NCBI GenBank assembly: GCA_046725935.1 | Contig: JBKOZO010000084.1 | Location: 13,204 to 77,203, forward strand | Direction of reading: 5' to 3' | Length of the DNA: 64,000 nucleotides | From: Acidobacteriota bacterium | GTDB taxonomy: Bacteria > Acidobacteriota > Thermoanaerobaculia > UBA5066 > Gp7-AA6 | Part shown: piece after piece, positions 53,879 through 62,709 of the stretch | How the letters are laid out: every line of letters starts with the position of its first letter | Numbering within the stretch: position 1 is the first letter of the stretch | Notes under the pieces: generated by a model | What the model was told of the DNA's origin: nothing | Seen by the model: the letters and a program-made list of their open reading frames with translations, nothing else | Database searches by the model: none | Position numbers and translations under genes: made by a program

Positions 53879-54849
53879 GGACTCGCGCCGTCGCGCACGC
53901 GGGGATCCGCGGCGGCGCTCGCCAGGTCGGCCAGCAGCGTGGCCACGAGAGTCGCCACGGCCGTCAGCAACGACAGCCCGAGGATCATCGGGTAGTCGCG
54001 CGAGAGGATCGAATCGAAGTAGAGGCGGCCCAGGCCCGGCCAGGCGAAGATCTTCTCGACGATGACGCTGCCCGACAGAAGCGCCGGCAGGAGCAGTCCC
54101 AGAAGGGTCAGGACCGGGAGCAGCGCGTTCGGCAGCGCGTGCGTCCAGAGCGCCCGTCTCCGCGACGCCCCGCGGGCCCGCGCCGCGAGCACGTAGTCGC
54201 TGGAGGCCGCATCCGTCACTCCCGAGCGCACGAGGCGGGCGACGAAGGCCAGGGTGCCGTAGGTCAGACAGGTCACCGGGAGCGCCAGGTGCGCGAGCCT
54301 GTCGGCGAGCCCCGCGAACCCGGTCCCGGGCGCGTCGGACTCCATTCCGTAGAGGGGCAGCAGCCGCAGGCGGACCGAGAAGAGCGTCTGCAGGAGCAGG
54401 GCCGCCCAGAACGTCGGCATCGAATACAGCGCGAAGAGCGCCGTGCCCGACATCCGGTCGAAGGCGCTTTCGGGCCTTCCTCCCGCCACGACGCCGAGCG
54501 GGATCGCGACGGCCAGGGCGAGCACGAGAGCGAGCCCGTTCAAGAGCAGCGTGTTGGGAAGCGCCTCCCGAATGCGCTCGCCGACCGGGCGGTGATCCAC
54601 GAAGGATTCCCCGAGATCGAAGCGCGCGGCCCGCGAGATCCACGTCGCGAAACGCTCTGGCAGCGGACGGTCCAGGCCGTAGAGGCGCCGCATCTCCTCG
54701 GCCGCGCGCCCGGTGGGGCGCCGCAACGAGTCGGCGCCGCCGGAGATCGGGCTGCCCGGGGCCAGGTGGACCAGGAGGAAAACGACGATGGTGATTCCAA
54801 AGAGCGTCGGGATCGCGAGCGCGAGACGGCGCAGCAGGTACGCCGTCAC
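53875..54849 (-). CDS. ABC transporter permease (DppB/OppB type)
   Basis: GTG 54849 overlaps the SBP stop (GTGA). 324 aa. N-terminal YLLRRLALAIPTLFGITIVVF and an EAA-loop YVLAARARGASRRRALWTHALPN. Confidence 0.9.
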   Translation of the reverse strand: MTAYLLRRLALAIPTLFGITIVVFLLVHLAPGSPISGGADSLRRPTGRAAEEMRRLYGLDRPLPERFATWISRAARFDLGESFVDHRPVGERIREALPNTLLLNGLALVLALAVAIPLGVVAGGRPESAFDRMSGTALFALYSMPTFWAALLLQTLFSVRLRLLPLYGMESDAPGTGFAGLADRLAHLALPVTCLTYGTLAFVARLVRSGVTDAASSDYVLAARARGASRRRALWTHALPNALLPVLTLLGLLLPALLSGSVIVEKIFAWPGLGRLYFDSILSRDYPMILGLSLLTAVATLVATLLADLASAAADPRVRDGASP

Positions 54850-56513
54850 GAAACCTTCTTCCACCAGCCCAGCGGGCCCGGCCAGATGCCGTAGAGCCCG
54901 AGCGGCGACGTCGTCACGCCGCGGACGGACTTCGTGAAGGCGTACTTCTGCGTCGGGTTGACCACGAAGATCGCGGGCGCGTCGTCGCGGAAGATCCGGT
55001 GCAGGCGGTGGAACGTTTCCTTGCGCTTCTCGGCGTCGAGCGTGCTCCGCGCCTCATCCATCAGGCGGTCCGCCTCGGCGCTCCGGTAGCATCCGTTGTT
55101 CTGCCCGTTGGGCGGACACTGCGAGGAATGCCAGTAGAAGTACGGATCGGGATTCGCGTCCACGCTGGACCAGCCCAGCGACGCGGCATCGAATTCGCCG
55201 GCGTCGACCTTCGCGACGAAAGCGCTCCACTCCATCTGCCGCACGCGCGCGGTCACGCCGACCTTCGCGAGCTCGGATGAGAGCATCTCGTCGATCTGGC
55301 GCCCGATGTCGGACCCCGCCGAGACGACCAGATCGAACTCGAATTCGCGGCCGGCGCGGTCGAGCGTCCCGTTGCCGTTGGTGTCCTTCCATCCCGCCTC
55401 GGCCAGGAGCTTTTTGGCCTGCTCGGGATCGAAGAGCAGAGGCTCGACCGACGCGTCGTACGCCGGCGAATCTGGAGCCCAGGGCCCCGAGATGATCCGC
55501 GCGGAGCCGCGGTAGAGGTCCCGAACGAGGGAAGCCCGGTCGAGCAGCATCGTCATCGCGCGGCGCACCCGCGCGTCGGAAAAGAGCAGCGACCGGTTGT
55601 TCAGCGCGATGTAGTTGAAGTCCAGGTTGTAGAACTCGACCAGCCGGCAGCACGGCCCGGACGGCCCGATCGCCTCGACTTTCGCCTTTTGCGCCGCGTC
55701 GAGCTGGTCCTCGTCGAGCTCGCCGGAGGTCAGAAGCCGAAACGCGGTCGCGTTGTCCGGAACGACCCGGAAGAGGACCCGGTCGAAGTGGCCCTTCTCC
55801 CAGGGATAGCGCGGATTGCGCTCGAGCTCCAGGGATTCCTGCGTCTTCCACTTCACCATCCGGTACGGACCGTCGGAGAGCGGCGCCCGGTTGTCCCTGG
55901 CGGAGAGAAAGCGCTGGCCCGCGAAGCGATGCTCCGGAAGGACCGGCAGGACGAACGCCATCGCGCGAAACGCGTAGGGCTGGCGGAAGCGAAACCGCGC
56001 GCGGCGCGGGTCGAGCGCCTCGGCCTTCTCGAGGTCTTCGAAGAGAGACTTGAAGACGGGCGCGGGGACCTTGGGGTCCCGGATCTTCTCGACGGTGAAG
56101 AGGACGTCCCGAGACGTCACAGGCGTGCCGTCCTCCCACACCGCGTCGGCCTTCAACGTGACGACGTACTCTCGCCCGTCGGAGGAGACCTCCAGTTTCT
56201 CCGCGAGGCCCGGCACCTGGTTCAGCTTCGCGTCGTAGTCGAAGAGGTTGCGCTGGATGTACTGGAGGACCTGGGCCTCGAAGACGCCCGACTGAAGGAC
56301 CGCATTCAGGGTGGTCGGCTCGCCCGCCAGCCGCCGGTAGAGCGTCCCTCCCGGCTCCGGCGCTCCGTCCCTGGTGCCGTCGAGGAACTCGAGCCCGGGC
56401 TCCGCGGCCTGGGGAGTGGGCCGCGACAGCGTCGGTGTCGGAGCCGGAGACTCTTCTCGCGCGCGGCAGGCGATCGCCGCCAGGAGCAGGACACCAGCGA
56501 CGGCGCGCCTCAT
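54846..56513 (-). CDS. ABC transporter substrate-binding lipoprotein, family 5 (peptide/nickel type)
   Basis: 555 aa. Lipobox LAAIAC. Length and sequence are typical of SBP_bac_5. Confidence 0.85.
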   Translation of the reverse strand: MRRAVAGVLLLAAIACRAREESPAPTPTLSRPTPQAAEPGLEFLDGTRDGAPEPGGTLYRRLAGEPTTLNAVLQSGVFEAQVLQYIQRNLFDYDAKLNQVPGLAEKLEVSSDGREYVVTLKADAVWEDGTPVTSRDVLFTVEKIRDPKVPAPVFKSLFEDLEKAEALDPRRARFRFRQPYAFRAMAFVLPVLPEHRFAGQRFLSARDNRAPLSDGPYRMVKWKTQESLELERNPRYPWEKGHFDRVLFRVVPDNATAFRLLTSGELDEDQLDAAQKAKVEAIGPSGPCCRLVEFYNLDFNYIALNNRSLLFSDARVRRAMTMLLDRASLVRDLYRGSARIISGPWAPDSPAYDASVEPLLFDPEQAKKLLAEAGWKDTNGNGTLDRAGREFEFDLVVSAGSDIGRQIDEMLSSELAKVGVTARVRQMEWSAFVAKVDAGEFDAASLGWSSVDANPDPYFYWHSSQCPPNGQNNGCYRSAEADRLMDEARSTLDAEKRKETFHRLHRIFRDDAPAIFVVNPTQKYAFTKSVRGVTTSPLGLYGIWPGPLGWWKKVS

Positions 56514-56530
56514 CGCGTCAGATTATGACT

Positions 56531-56561
56531 GGAACCGACCCGGAACCCGGAACCCGGGACC
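56531..56561. repeat. Short direct repeats (GGAACC x3 / CCCGGAA x2.9) in the 50-nt leader of the ABC operon
   Basis: Plus strand reads GGAACCGACCCGGAACCCGGAACCCGGGACC. On the coding (minus) strand the repeats sit immediately upstream of a CATAAT hexamer. Confidence 0.5.
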
Positions 56562-56563
56562 TA

Positions 56564-58741
56564 TTACGGCGCCGTGAAGGGCACGACCGCCACATTGCGC
56601 GCGGCGTCGGTCACGCGAACCAGCAGGTACGCCCCGCGGGCCTCGGCCGGCAGACGGATCGTGTACGACTCCTCCGGCGAGTCCGAGAGCCCGTCCTTGG
56701 GTTCGACCCGGATCCACTTCTTTGCGTCGAGGCTGTACTCGGCCTCGCCGATCGGCGACGCCGCATCCACGGCCGTGATCTCGAGAACTCCGGCCGAGCG
56801 CGAGGTCTCCCGCACGACCGGCGGCGTGTTGTCGATCCGTACGGTCGAGCTGTCGCGCGAGGCGGTCTTGCCCTCGCCGGGATTAGCGTCGGCGTCCGAG
56901 GCGGTGACACGGACGACGTACTCCCCGTCGGGCAGGGACGTCGAGTCGAAGGAATACGACGTGTCGTGGACGTCCTTGCGGAGCGGGATCCACTTCGTGG
57001 AACCCGCGGGACGGAACTCGAGCTCGTAGACCAGGGCGTCGCCGTCGGGATCGGTCCCCTTCCACTGGAGGGTCCGATAGCCCTTGCGGTAGAGCTTCCG
57101 CGGCGAGCTTTCCGACTTGGCCTCCTCGAGGCCGGTGAAAATGCCCTTCTCGTCTGTGGCCGTGGCTTCGTAAACGTTCGAGCCGCTCGTGCCCGAGCGC
57201 GCCAGAACCTCGGCCGGCTCCAACGCCGCAACGCTCTCCACCGTCGGGGCGGAATTGTGGTTGCGGTAGGCCGCCTCGACGCGACGGACTCTCGGCGTGC
57301 GTTCCCCGTCGGGCTCCATGCGCAGCTTCCACTGCAGGAAGCGGCCGTCGGGCGCGTCGATTCGCAGCGTGCGTCCGGATCCGCTCCAGGGCGACCAGGG
57401 ACTCCAGGTCGTGTCGGGCGTGGCCGACTCGCCGGATCGGAACGAGAACTCGACCCTCGAGTTGCCGGGCGCCTCGCCCTCCCAGCGGAAGGCGCCGAAG
57501 TGGCTGGTCCGGCCCGTGTCCTTCACGGGCGAGACGTATTCACCGGCCGTCGCGCCGGCGCGCCGCCGGTAGAGAGCGCTGGAGGCATTCAGCCCGACAT
57601 CCGGCCCGGCCAGGAACGTGGCCTGCTTCTCGTCGAACGTCCGCACCAGCGAGGACGCGTCGGCCTGGATCGCGTAGAGCTTGCCGCGAGGACCGGTCGC
57701 GGCGAGGACGCCGGATCCGTCGGCGTCGGGCGCGAGGTCGAAGACGATCTCATCGGGAGAGCTCCAGATGGTTCGCGGAGGCTCACCCTCGGTGAAGAGC
57801 ACGACTTCCGACGAATAGCCGCCGCGCGAGGAGCCGCGCGACGTCGCGAGCCGAGGCGACGACACCGAGACCGAGACCTCGGCGCGGCTCCGGTCGTCGT
57901 CGTCGGTGGACGAGCCCGACTTCGCGGGCTTCGCGGAGGCGGTCGCCGTGGGAAGCGAGATCGGCTCCCCTCCCGACGACGAGAGGTCCGCCGCGCCCGC
58001 CGCCGCCCAGACTCGGCCGGAAGAGTCGGCGTTGATCGACGTCACCTCGGGCTTGCCGGAGTCGTAGATGGTGGAGACGCGCCCGGCCGGATCGATGCGG
58101 AGAACGAGGCCCGATCCGGAGGTTCCCGCCCAGACGCGTCCCTGTCGATCCGCGAAGAGCGCGCGGACGTGGGCGTCCACGGTGCTGTGGACGCGCTCAC
58201 CCTGGCCCGCGGCCTTGACGCGATGAATCTCACCCGGGAGACCCGTGCCGACGTAGAGGACGGGACCCGCGAACGTCAGCGCCCATACATACTCGGCTTT
58301 CGTGTCGTAGTAGAGGACGGGTTTGCCCTTCTCGATGCGATAGACCTTTCCGCCCGGAGACCCGCCGGCGTAGAGCGTGCCGTCGGGAGCGACGGCCAGG
58401 GCCGTCACCTCCTGTTCGGGGAGGGTGGCGAACGTTTCGACCGCGCCGTCGCCGGTGACGCGAAGAATCTTGCCGGCGTCCCCGGTGCCGACGTAGAGCT
58501 CGCCCTTCTTTCCCGGCACGCCGGCGAAGAGCACGGCCTCGGCGATCGACTCGACCTTCGAAAGCGCATGCCCGGGCAGAAGCGTGCCGTCCGCCGTCAC
58601 CGAGATGCCGCGCGCTTCTCCCAGCGAAAACTCGCCCGCGCTGTCGCAGACCCAGATGCGCACGGCGGCGGCGGTCATGGGCGCGGCCGCGACGGACACA
58701 CCTAGAGCGAGCGCCAGGACCCGGGGGCGGGCCCGGTTCAC
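56564..58741 (-). CDS. Exported beta-propeller-repeat protein with C-terminal Ig/FN3-like domains
   Basis: GTG 58741 overlaps the S55 peptidase stop (GTGA). 725 aa. Signal peptide, then repeated units such as GELYVGTGDAGKILRV, GTLYAGGSPGGKVYRI, VLYVGTGLPGEIHRV, RVWAGTSGSGLVLRI. The C-terminal half is beta-rich. Confidence 0.7.
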   Translation of the reverse strand: MNRARPRVLALALGVSVAAAPMTAAAVRIWVCDSAGEFSLGEARGISVTADGTLLPGHALSKVESIAEAVLFAGVPGKKGELYVGTGDAGKILRVTGDGAVETFATLPEQEVTALAVAPDGTLYAGGSPGGKVYRIEKGKPVLYYDTKAEYVWALTFAGPVLYVGTGLPGEIHRVKAAGQGERVHSTVDAHVRALFADRQGRVWAGTSGSGLVLRIDPAGRVSTIYDSGKPEVTSINADSSGRVWAAAGAADLSSSGGEPISLPTATASAKPAKSGSSTDDDDRSRAEVSVSVSSPRLATSRGSSRGGYSSEVVLFTEGEPPRTIWSSPDEIVFDLAPDADGSGVLAATGPRGKLYAIQADASSLVRTFDEKQATFLAGPDVGLNASSALYRRRAGATAGEYVSPVKDTGRTSHFGAFRWEGEAPGNSRVEFSFRSGESATPDTTWSPWSPWSGSGRTLRIDAPDGRFLQWKLRMEPDGERTPRVRRVEAAYRNHNSAPTVESVAALEPAEVLARSGTSGSNVYEATATDEKGIFTGLEEAKSESSPRKLYRKGYRTLQWKGTDPDGDALVYELEFRPAGSTKWIPLRKDVHDTSYSFDSTSLPDGEYVVRVTASDADANPGEGKTASRDSSTVRIDNTPPVVRETSRSAGVLEITAVDAASPIGEAEYSLDAKKWIRVEPKDGLSDSPEESYTIRLPAEARGAYLLVRVTDAARNVAVVPFTAP

Positions 58742-60591
58742 CAGATCCTCGGGAGCACTTCGAGATTCAGGCGGGCCGACCCCGCGACGGGCACCGGTTG
58801 CTCGATCGACTCTGCCTGGAGGCGCAGGTACCCGAGGTCCGGCGAGCCGTCACCCGGGCCGCGGTCGCGCAGCAGGGCCGCGCGCGTGGGCGGCAGCGCC
58901 GGCAGCGGCGCCCCGTTGACCACCGCGCCGGCGGCCGCGCGATAGGCCAGGAGGTTCAGCGTGTTCGGGGGACGGACCCGAGACAGGAACTCCAGCACCT
59001 GGTCGAGCGAGTGCGGATCGGGCGGATAGAGGGCGAGGTCGTACGCCGTCGCCGCGTTGCCGTCGCCGACGAAGAGCGTCAGCGGTCCGGGGGGCGTGTT
59101 CTCGGGGATCTTCGCCGTCATCACGACCCGCCGTGAACCTCCGCGGAAGTCCTCGAGGTCCACCCACACGGGCACCGTGTCCCCGGGCCGGACGCGCTCC
59201 TTCTGCGCCTCGACGTTGACGATCCGCGCGCTCTGGAGGCGGTCGGAGTGCGTGATCTCCACCTCCACGCCGCGGATCGAGAGATCGCGGAATTCGTTGG
59301 CCATGAGGTAATTCGTCAGCAGCGCGAGCGAACCGACGGCTTCCTCGCGCGCCGTCAGGCCGGAGAAGACCGAGTCCCAGCGCACCGGCTTGTCGTCCGT
59401 CGCGATCGAGGACTTCCAGACGATCGTGCGCTCTCCGGCGCGCTTCTCGAGCGTGGTCAGGACGTTGTCCGTCGCCATCGCGAGCAGGATCGGCGTCAGC
59501 ATCGAGTTGTGGACGACCTCGAAGCGGAACGTCTGGGGCGGCAGGTCCTCCGACGTCATCTTGATCGTGACCGGAACCATGGTCGGGGGCTTGCCGAAGC
59601 TGCCCAGGATGCCCGAGGAGCGATCCTGCGACACCGATCCGAGCGCCGGCCCCGTCGTCGAGAACTTGAATGAGCGGTACAGCGACGGCAGCACCGTCAG
59701 CACGTCCGCTCTCGCCATCGGCATGTCCACGGGGCCCATCGACAGGAAAGGGTGGCCGAAGGCCAGGATCGAGTTGCCGTCGACCCAGGTCACCGTGCCG
59801 GTCGCCGACAGGACCATGTCTCCGTTGAGAAGCACGGCCGCCACGGCGGACCCGGGCTCAAGCCGTCCCTCCGGCTCCGGCGATGCCGCGCCCGCCGAAG
59901 GCGACGAGGCGCCGCTCGGCGCGACCAGCCAGCCCGCGGCTTCGGCGACTCGTCCGAAGACGGTCCCCGGGGTCGTCACGCCCGAGAACGAGACGGGCAA
60001 CGGCAGCGGCACGGGCCCGTTTCCGGCGGCCGGCTGTCCGCGAAACGCATTGACGAGCTGGGTGAACGGCTCGGCGAATTTCCCCGTGCCGAAGGCCGAC
60101 ACCATCGCCGCGGTCGGAGTCGCCGCGCCTCCGATCGGAACCGGCGGCGTCGCCGGCGCCTTGCGGATGTCGAGCATGCTCTGAATCGGCGTGATTCCGC
60201 AGATGGGATCGCGGGCGAACGGCCAGCCGTACGCGAGAGCGCCGATCAGCTTGCCGTCGACGTAGATCGGGCTGCCGCTCATTCCGGCGATGATCCCCGT
60301 CTTCGCGAGCGCCTCGTCGTTCAGGATGCGTGCGAGGATCAGATCCTGCTTCGGCGCGTAGCTCTTCAAAACGCCGACGATCTCGACGTCGAAGCGTTGC
60401 ACGCCCTTCCCGTCGCCGAGGTCAGAGAGGCCATAGCCTCTCATCCCGGGCGTCACCTGCCCGGCCGGCAGGATGTCGGTCGGCGCCGACCGAGCGCTCG
60501 CCGAGAGGAAACACGCCAGCGCCGCGCCGATGAGAACTCGATACACCAATGGCTTCACACTCGGGACAACCCCGCCGGATTTGGACTCCAT
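58738..60591 (-). CDS. Exported SpoIVB-like (peptidase S55 family) serine peptidase
   Basis: 617 aa (ATG 60591; GTG 60558 gives a cleaner signal peptide, MKPLVYRVLIGAALACFLSASARSA). S55-like GIIAGMSGSPIYVDGKLIGALAYGW and later ILAFGHPF. Confidence 0.7.
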   Translation of the reverse strand: MESKSGGVVPSVKPLVYRVLIGAALACFLSASARSAPTDILPAGQVTPGMRGYGLSDLGDGKGVQRFDVEIVGVLKSYAPKQDLILARILNDEALAKTGIIAGMSGSPIYVDGKLIGALAYGWPFARDPICGITPIQSMLDIRKAPATPPVPIGGAATPTAAMVSAFGTGKFAEPFTQLVNAFRGQPAAGNGPVPLPLPVSFSGVTTPGTVFGRVAEAAGWLVAPSGASSPSAGAASPEPEGRLEPGSAVAAVLLNGDMVLSATGTVTWVDGNSILAFGHPFLSMGPVDMPMARADVLTVLPSLYRSFKFSTTGPALGSVSQDRSSGILGSFGKPPTMVPVTIKMTSEDLPPQTFRFEVVHNSMLTPILLAMATDNVLTTLEKRAGERTIVWKSSIATDDKPVRWDSVFSGLTAREEAVGSLALLTNYLMANEFRDLSIRGVEVEITHSDRLQSARIVNVEAQKERVRPGDTVPVWVDLEDFRGGSRRVVMTAKIPENTPPGPLTLFVGDGNAATAYDLALYPPDPHSLDQVLEFLSRVRPPNTLNLLAYRAAAGAVVNGAPLPALPPTRAALLRDRGPGDGSPDLGYLRLQAESIEQPVPVAGSARLNLEVLPRIW

Positions 60592-60616
60592 TCCCTTTGA
60601 CCCTTCCCTTCCCCCT

Positions 60617-61378
60617 ATGTTACGGTCGAAATCGATGCTGGGGACCGTTTTTCAGCCCGTCACCACCGAAAATCTCCCCCACGGCAACCCGATCCTCTCC
60701 TTCTTCCGGGACACCGGAGCCGTGGACAAAGTGGTGCTGGGTATACTTTTGTTCTTCTCTTTTGTCTCCTGGGTGATCATCTTTGCCAAGTTTCTGCGCC
60801 TCCGCCGGGTCTCCCGCCAATCCGAAAAATTCGTCAATTTCTTCCGCAAGTCAAAGCGATTTTCCGAGGTCAATACCTTCGCCGGGGAGCTCTCGGACAC
60901 CCCCCTGACGACCCTGTTCAAAGCCGGTTACGCCGAGCTGGACGCCCAGGTGAAGGCCAACCGGGCCGACGAGAACCCGACCACAGGAGGCGGCCAGGGG
61001 GGGAAGCTCCTGATCAAGAACATTTCCGGAATCGAGCGCGCCCTGGAGCGCGCGATCGGAGTCGAAATGTCCCGGCTGACCCGGAACATGACCTTCCTCG
61101 CGACGACGGCGGCGGCCACCCCCTTCATCGGCCTCTTCGGAACCGTGTGGGGGATCATGCAGTCGTTTCGGGCGATCGGCGAGACGGGGTCGACGTCGAT
61201 CGCCGCCGTCGCACCCGGCATCTCGGGAGCCCTCATCAATACGGCCGCCGGGCTGGCGGCCGCGATCCCCGCGATGATCTTCTACAACTATTTCATGGGG
61301 AAGGTCCGCGAGCAGCGGGCGGGCATGGAAGATTTTTCCCTCGAGTTCATCAACCTGGCCGAGAGAAACTTCACCTAA
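60617..61378 (+). CDS. tolQ: MotA/TolQ/ExbB proton-channel protein
   Basis: ATG 60617 (or 60635). Motifs LATTAAATPFIGLFGTVWGIM, and IAAVAPGISGALINTAAGLAAAIPA. Confidence 0.9.
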   Translation: MLRSKSMLGTVFQPVTTENLPHGNPILSFFRDTGAVDKVVLGILLFFSFVSWVIIFAKFLRLRRVSRQSEKFVNFFRKSKRFSEVNTFAGELSDTPLTTLFKAGYAELDAQVKANRADENPTTGGGQGGKLLIKNISGIERALERAIGVEMSRLTRNMTFLATTAAATPFIGLFGTVWGIMQSFRAIGETGSTSIAAVAPGISGALINTAAGLAAAIPAMIFYNYFMGKVREQRAGMEDFSLEFINLAERNFT

Positions 61379-61464
61379 CGGGTCGTTCTGATGGAAGCTA
61401 GCCGGGAACAAACCTCCGCTCTCGTCGGCGCGTCGAGCGCCGCTGAAACAGCCTCTCTCTAACG

Positions 61465-61893
61465 ATGGCCTTCCAGCGTCAGTCGGGCGACCCGTTCGAC
61501 CACCTCGCGGACATCAACGTCACGCCACTGGTGGACGTGATGCTCGTTCTCTTGATCATCTTCATGGTGACCGCGCCGATGCTCCACACCGGCATCTCCG
61601 TCGCGCTGCCCAAGACGGCGACGACGAACCTGCGGTCGAATCCGGAGGACCCGATCGTCCTCTCGATCTCCCGGGACGGCCTCTACTACATCAACGAAAC
61701 GCCGGTGGCCCGGGGTTTGCTCCGCGATCGCCTGCGCTCGATTTTGCGCGGCCGCAAGGAGAAGGCCGTGTTGCTGAAAGCCGACCGCGGACTCTCTTAC
61801 GGAACTGTCATCGAAACTCTCGATCTCCTCAACCGGATGGGCATCGAGAGCCTCGGGCTCATGACCGACACCTCGGGGGCCCAGAAGAAGTGA
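61465..61893 (+). CDS. tolR: TolR/ExbD biopolymer transport protein
   Basis: 142 aa. Motif INVTPLVDVMLVLLIIFMV. Confidence 0.9.
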   Translation: MAFQRQSGDPFDHLADINVTPLVDVMLVLLIIFMVTAPMLHTGISVALPKTATTNLRSNPEDPIVLSISRDGLYYINETPVARGLLRDRLRSILRGRKEKAVLLKADRGLSYGTVIETLDLLNRMGIESLGLMTDTSGAQKK

Positions 61894-61921
61894 CGTCCGG
61901 GCGATCGCCGGATCGGGCCTG

Positions 61922-62692
61922 ATGGATACCGTCGGAAACGTCCTCGCCGAGCGCCGTCAGGAACGGATCCCCTGGGGGTCCGCCGCGCTGCTCGCGTTTC
62001 TCCTGCACGCCGCCGTGCTCGTGGCGCTGCTCGTGTCGGTCTTCGCCAAGCCGATGCGCTACGCCGCGCCCCGCGCGGTCGCCGTGCGTCTGATCCGGAT
62101 GGGCTCGCCGACGGCGCCCGAGGTTCGCACGGCTCCGGCGCCGGTTCCGCCTCCTCCACCGGCGGCCGAGAAGCCCAGGATCGAAAAGCCACCCGAAGAG
62201 AAACCTCCACAGCCGTCGGAAAAGGCGCTGCTGCTGCCGTCGAAGGAAAAGGAGACGAAGAAGAAGCCGACGCCGGCACCGATCAGCCGGCCGGCCCGCG
62301 AGGCTCCGCCCGCGATCAGCCTCCCGAATGCCGGAGAGGAAAGCTCGGGCGCCACGTCCGGTCCGGCGGCCGGCGCGGGTGGAACCTCCGCGATCGGCGG
62401 CCTGAAGCTCGACCAGGCCGACTTCAAGTACCCCGTCTACATCGAGCGGATGGCGGGGATCCTCCAGCAAAACTGGCTTCCATTGCAAATCGCGCCGGTG
62501 AACCCCGTCGTGCACTTTCAAATCGAGCGAGACGGGACGATCACCGACATCCGCCTCGTGACCGCGAGCGGGCTCCCGTGGGTGGACCGCGCAGCGCAGC
62601 GAGCCGTCATGGCCTCGTCGCCGCTTCCGCCGCTTCCGTCCGAATATTCCGGAGAGCGTCTCGGGGTTCAGGTCGCATTCGCTTTCGAGTGA
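61922..62692 (+). CDS. TolA/TonB-like energy-transducer (TonB_C domain)
   Basis: 256 aa. N-terminal TM helix, a Pro/Lys/Glu-rich spacer, and a C-terminal TonB_C-like YPVYIERMAGILQQNW...VHFQIERDGTITDIRLVTASG. Confidence 0.8.
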   Translation: MDTVGNVLAERRQERIPWGSAALLAFLLHAAVLVALLVSVFAKPMRYAAPRAVAVRLIRMGSPTAPEVRTAPAPVPPPPPAAEKPRIEKPPEEKPPQPSEKALLLPSKEKETKKKPTPAPISRPAREAPPAISLPNAGEESSGATSGPAAGAGGTSAIGGLKLDQADFKYPVYIERMAGILQQNWLPLQIAPVNPVVHFQIERDGTITDIRLVTASGLPWVDRAAQRAVMASSPLPPLPSEYSGERLGVQVAFAFE

Positions 62693-62709
62693 CAGAACGG
62701 AGATTCCGC

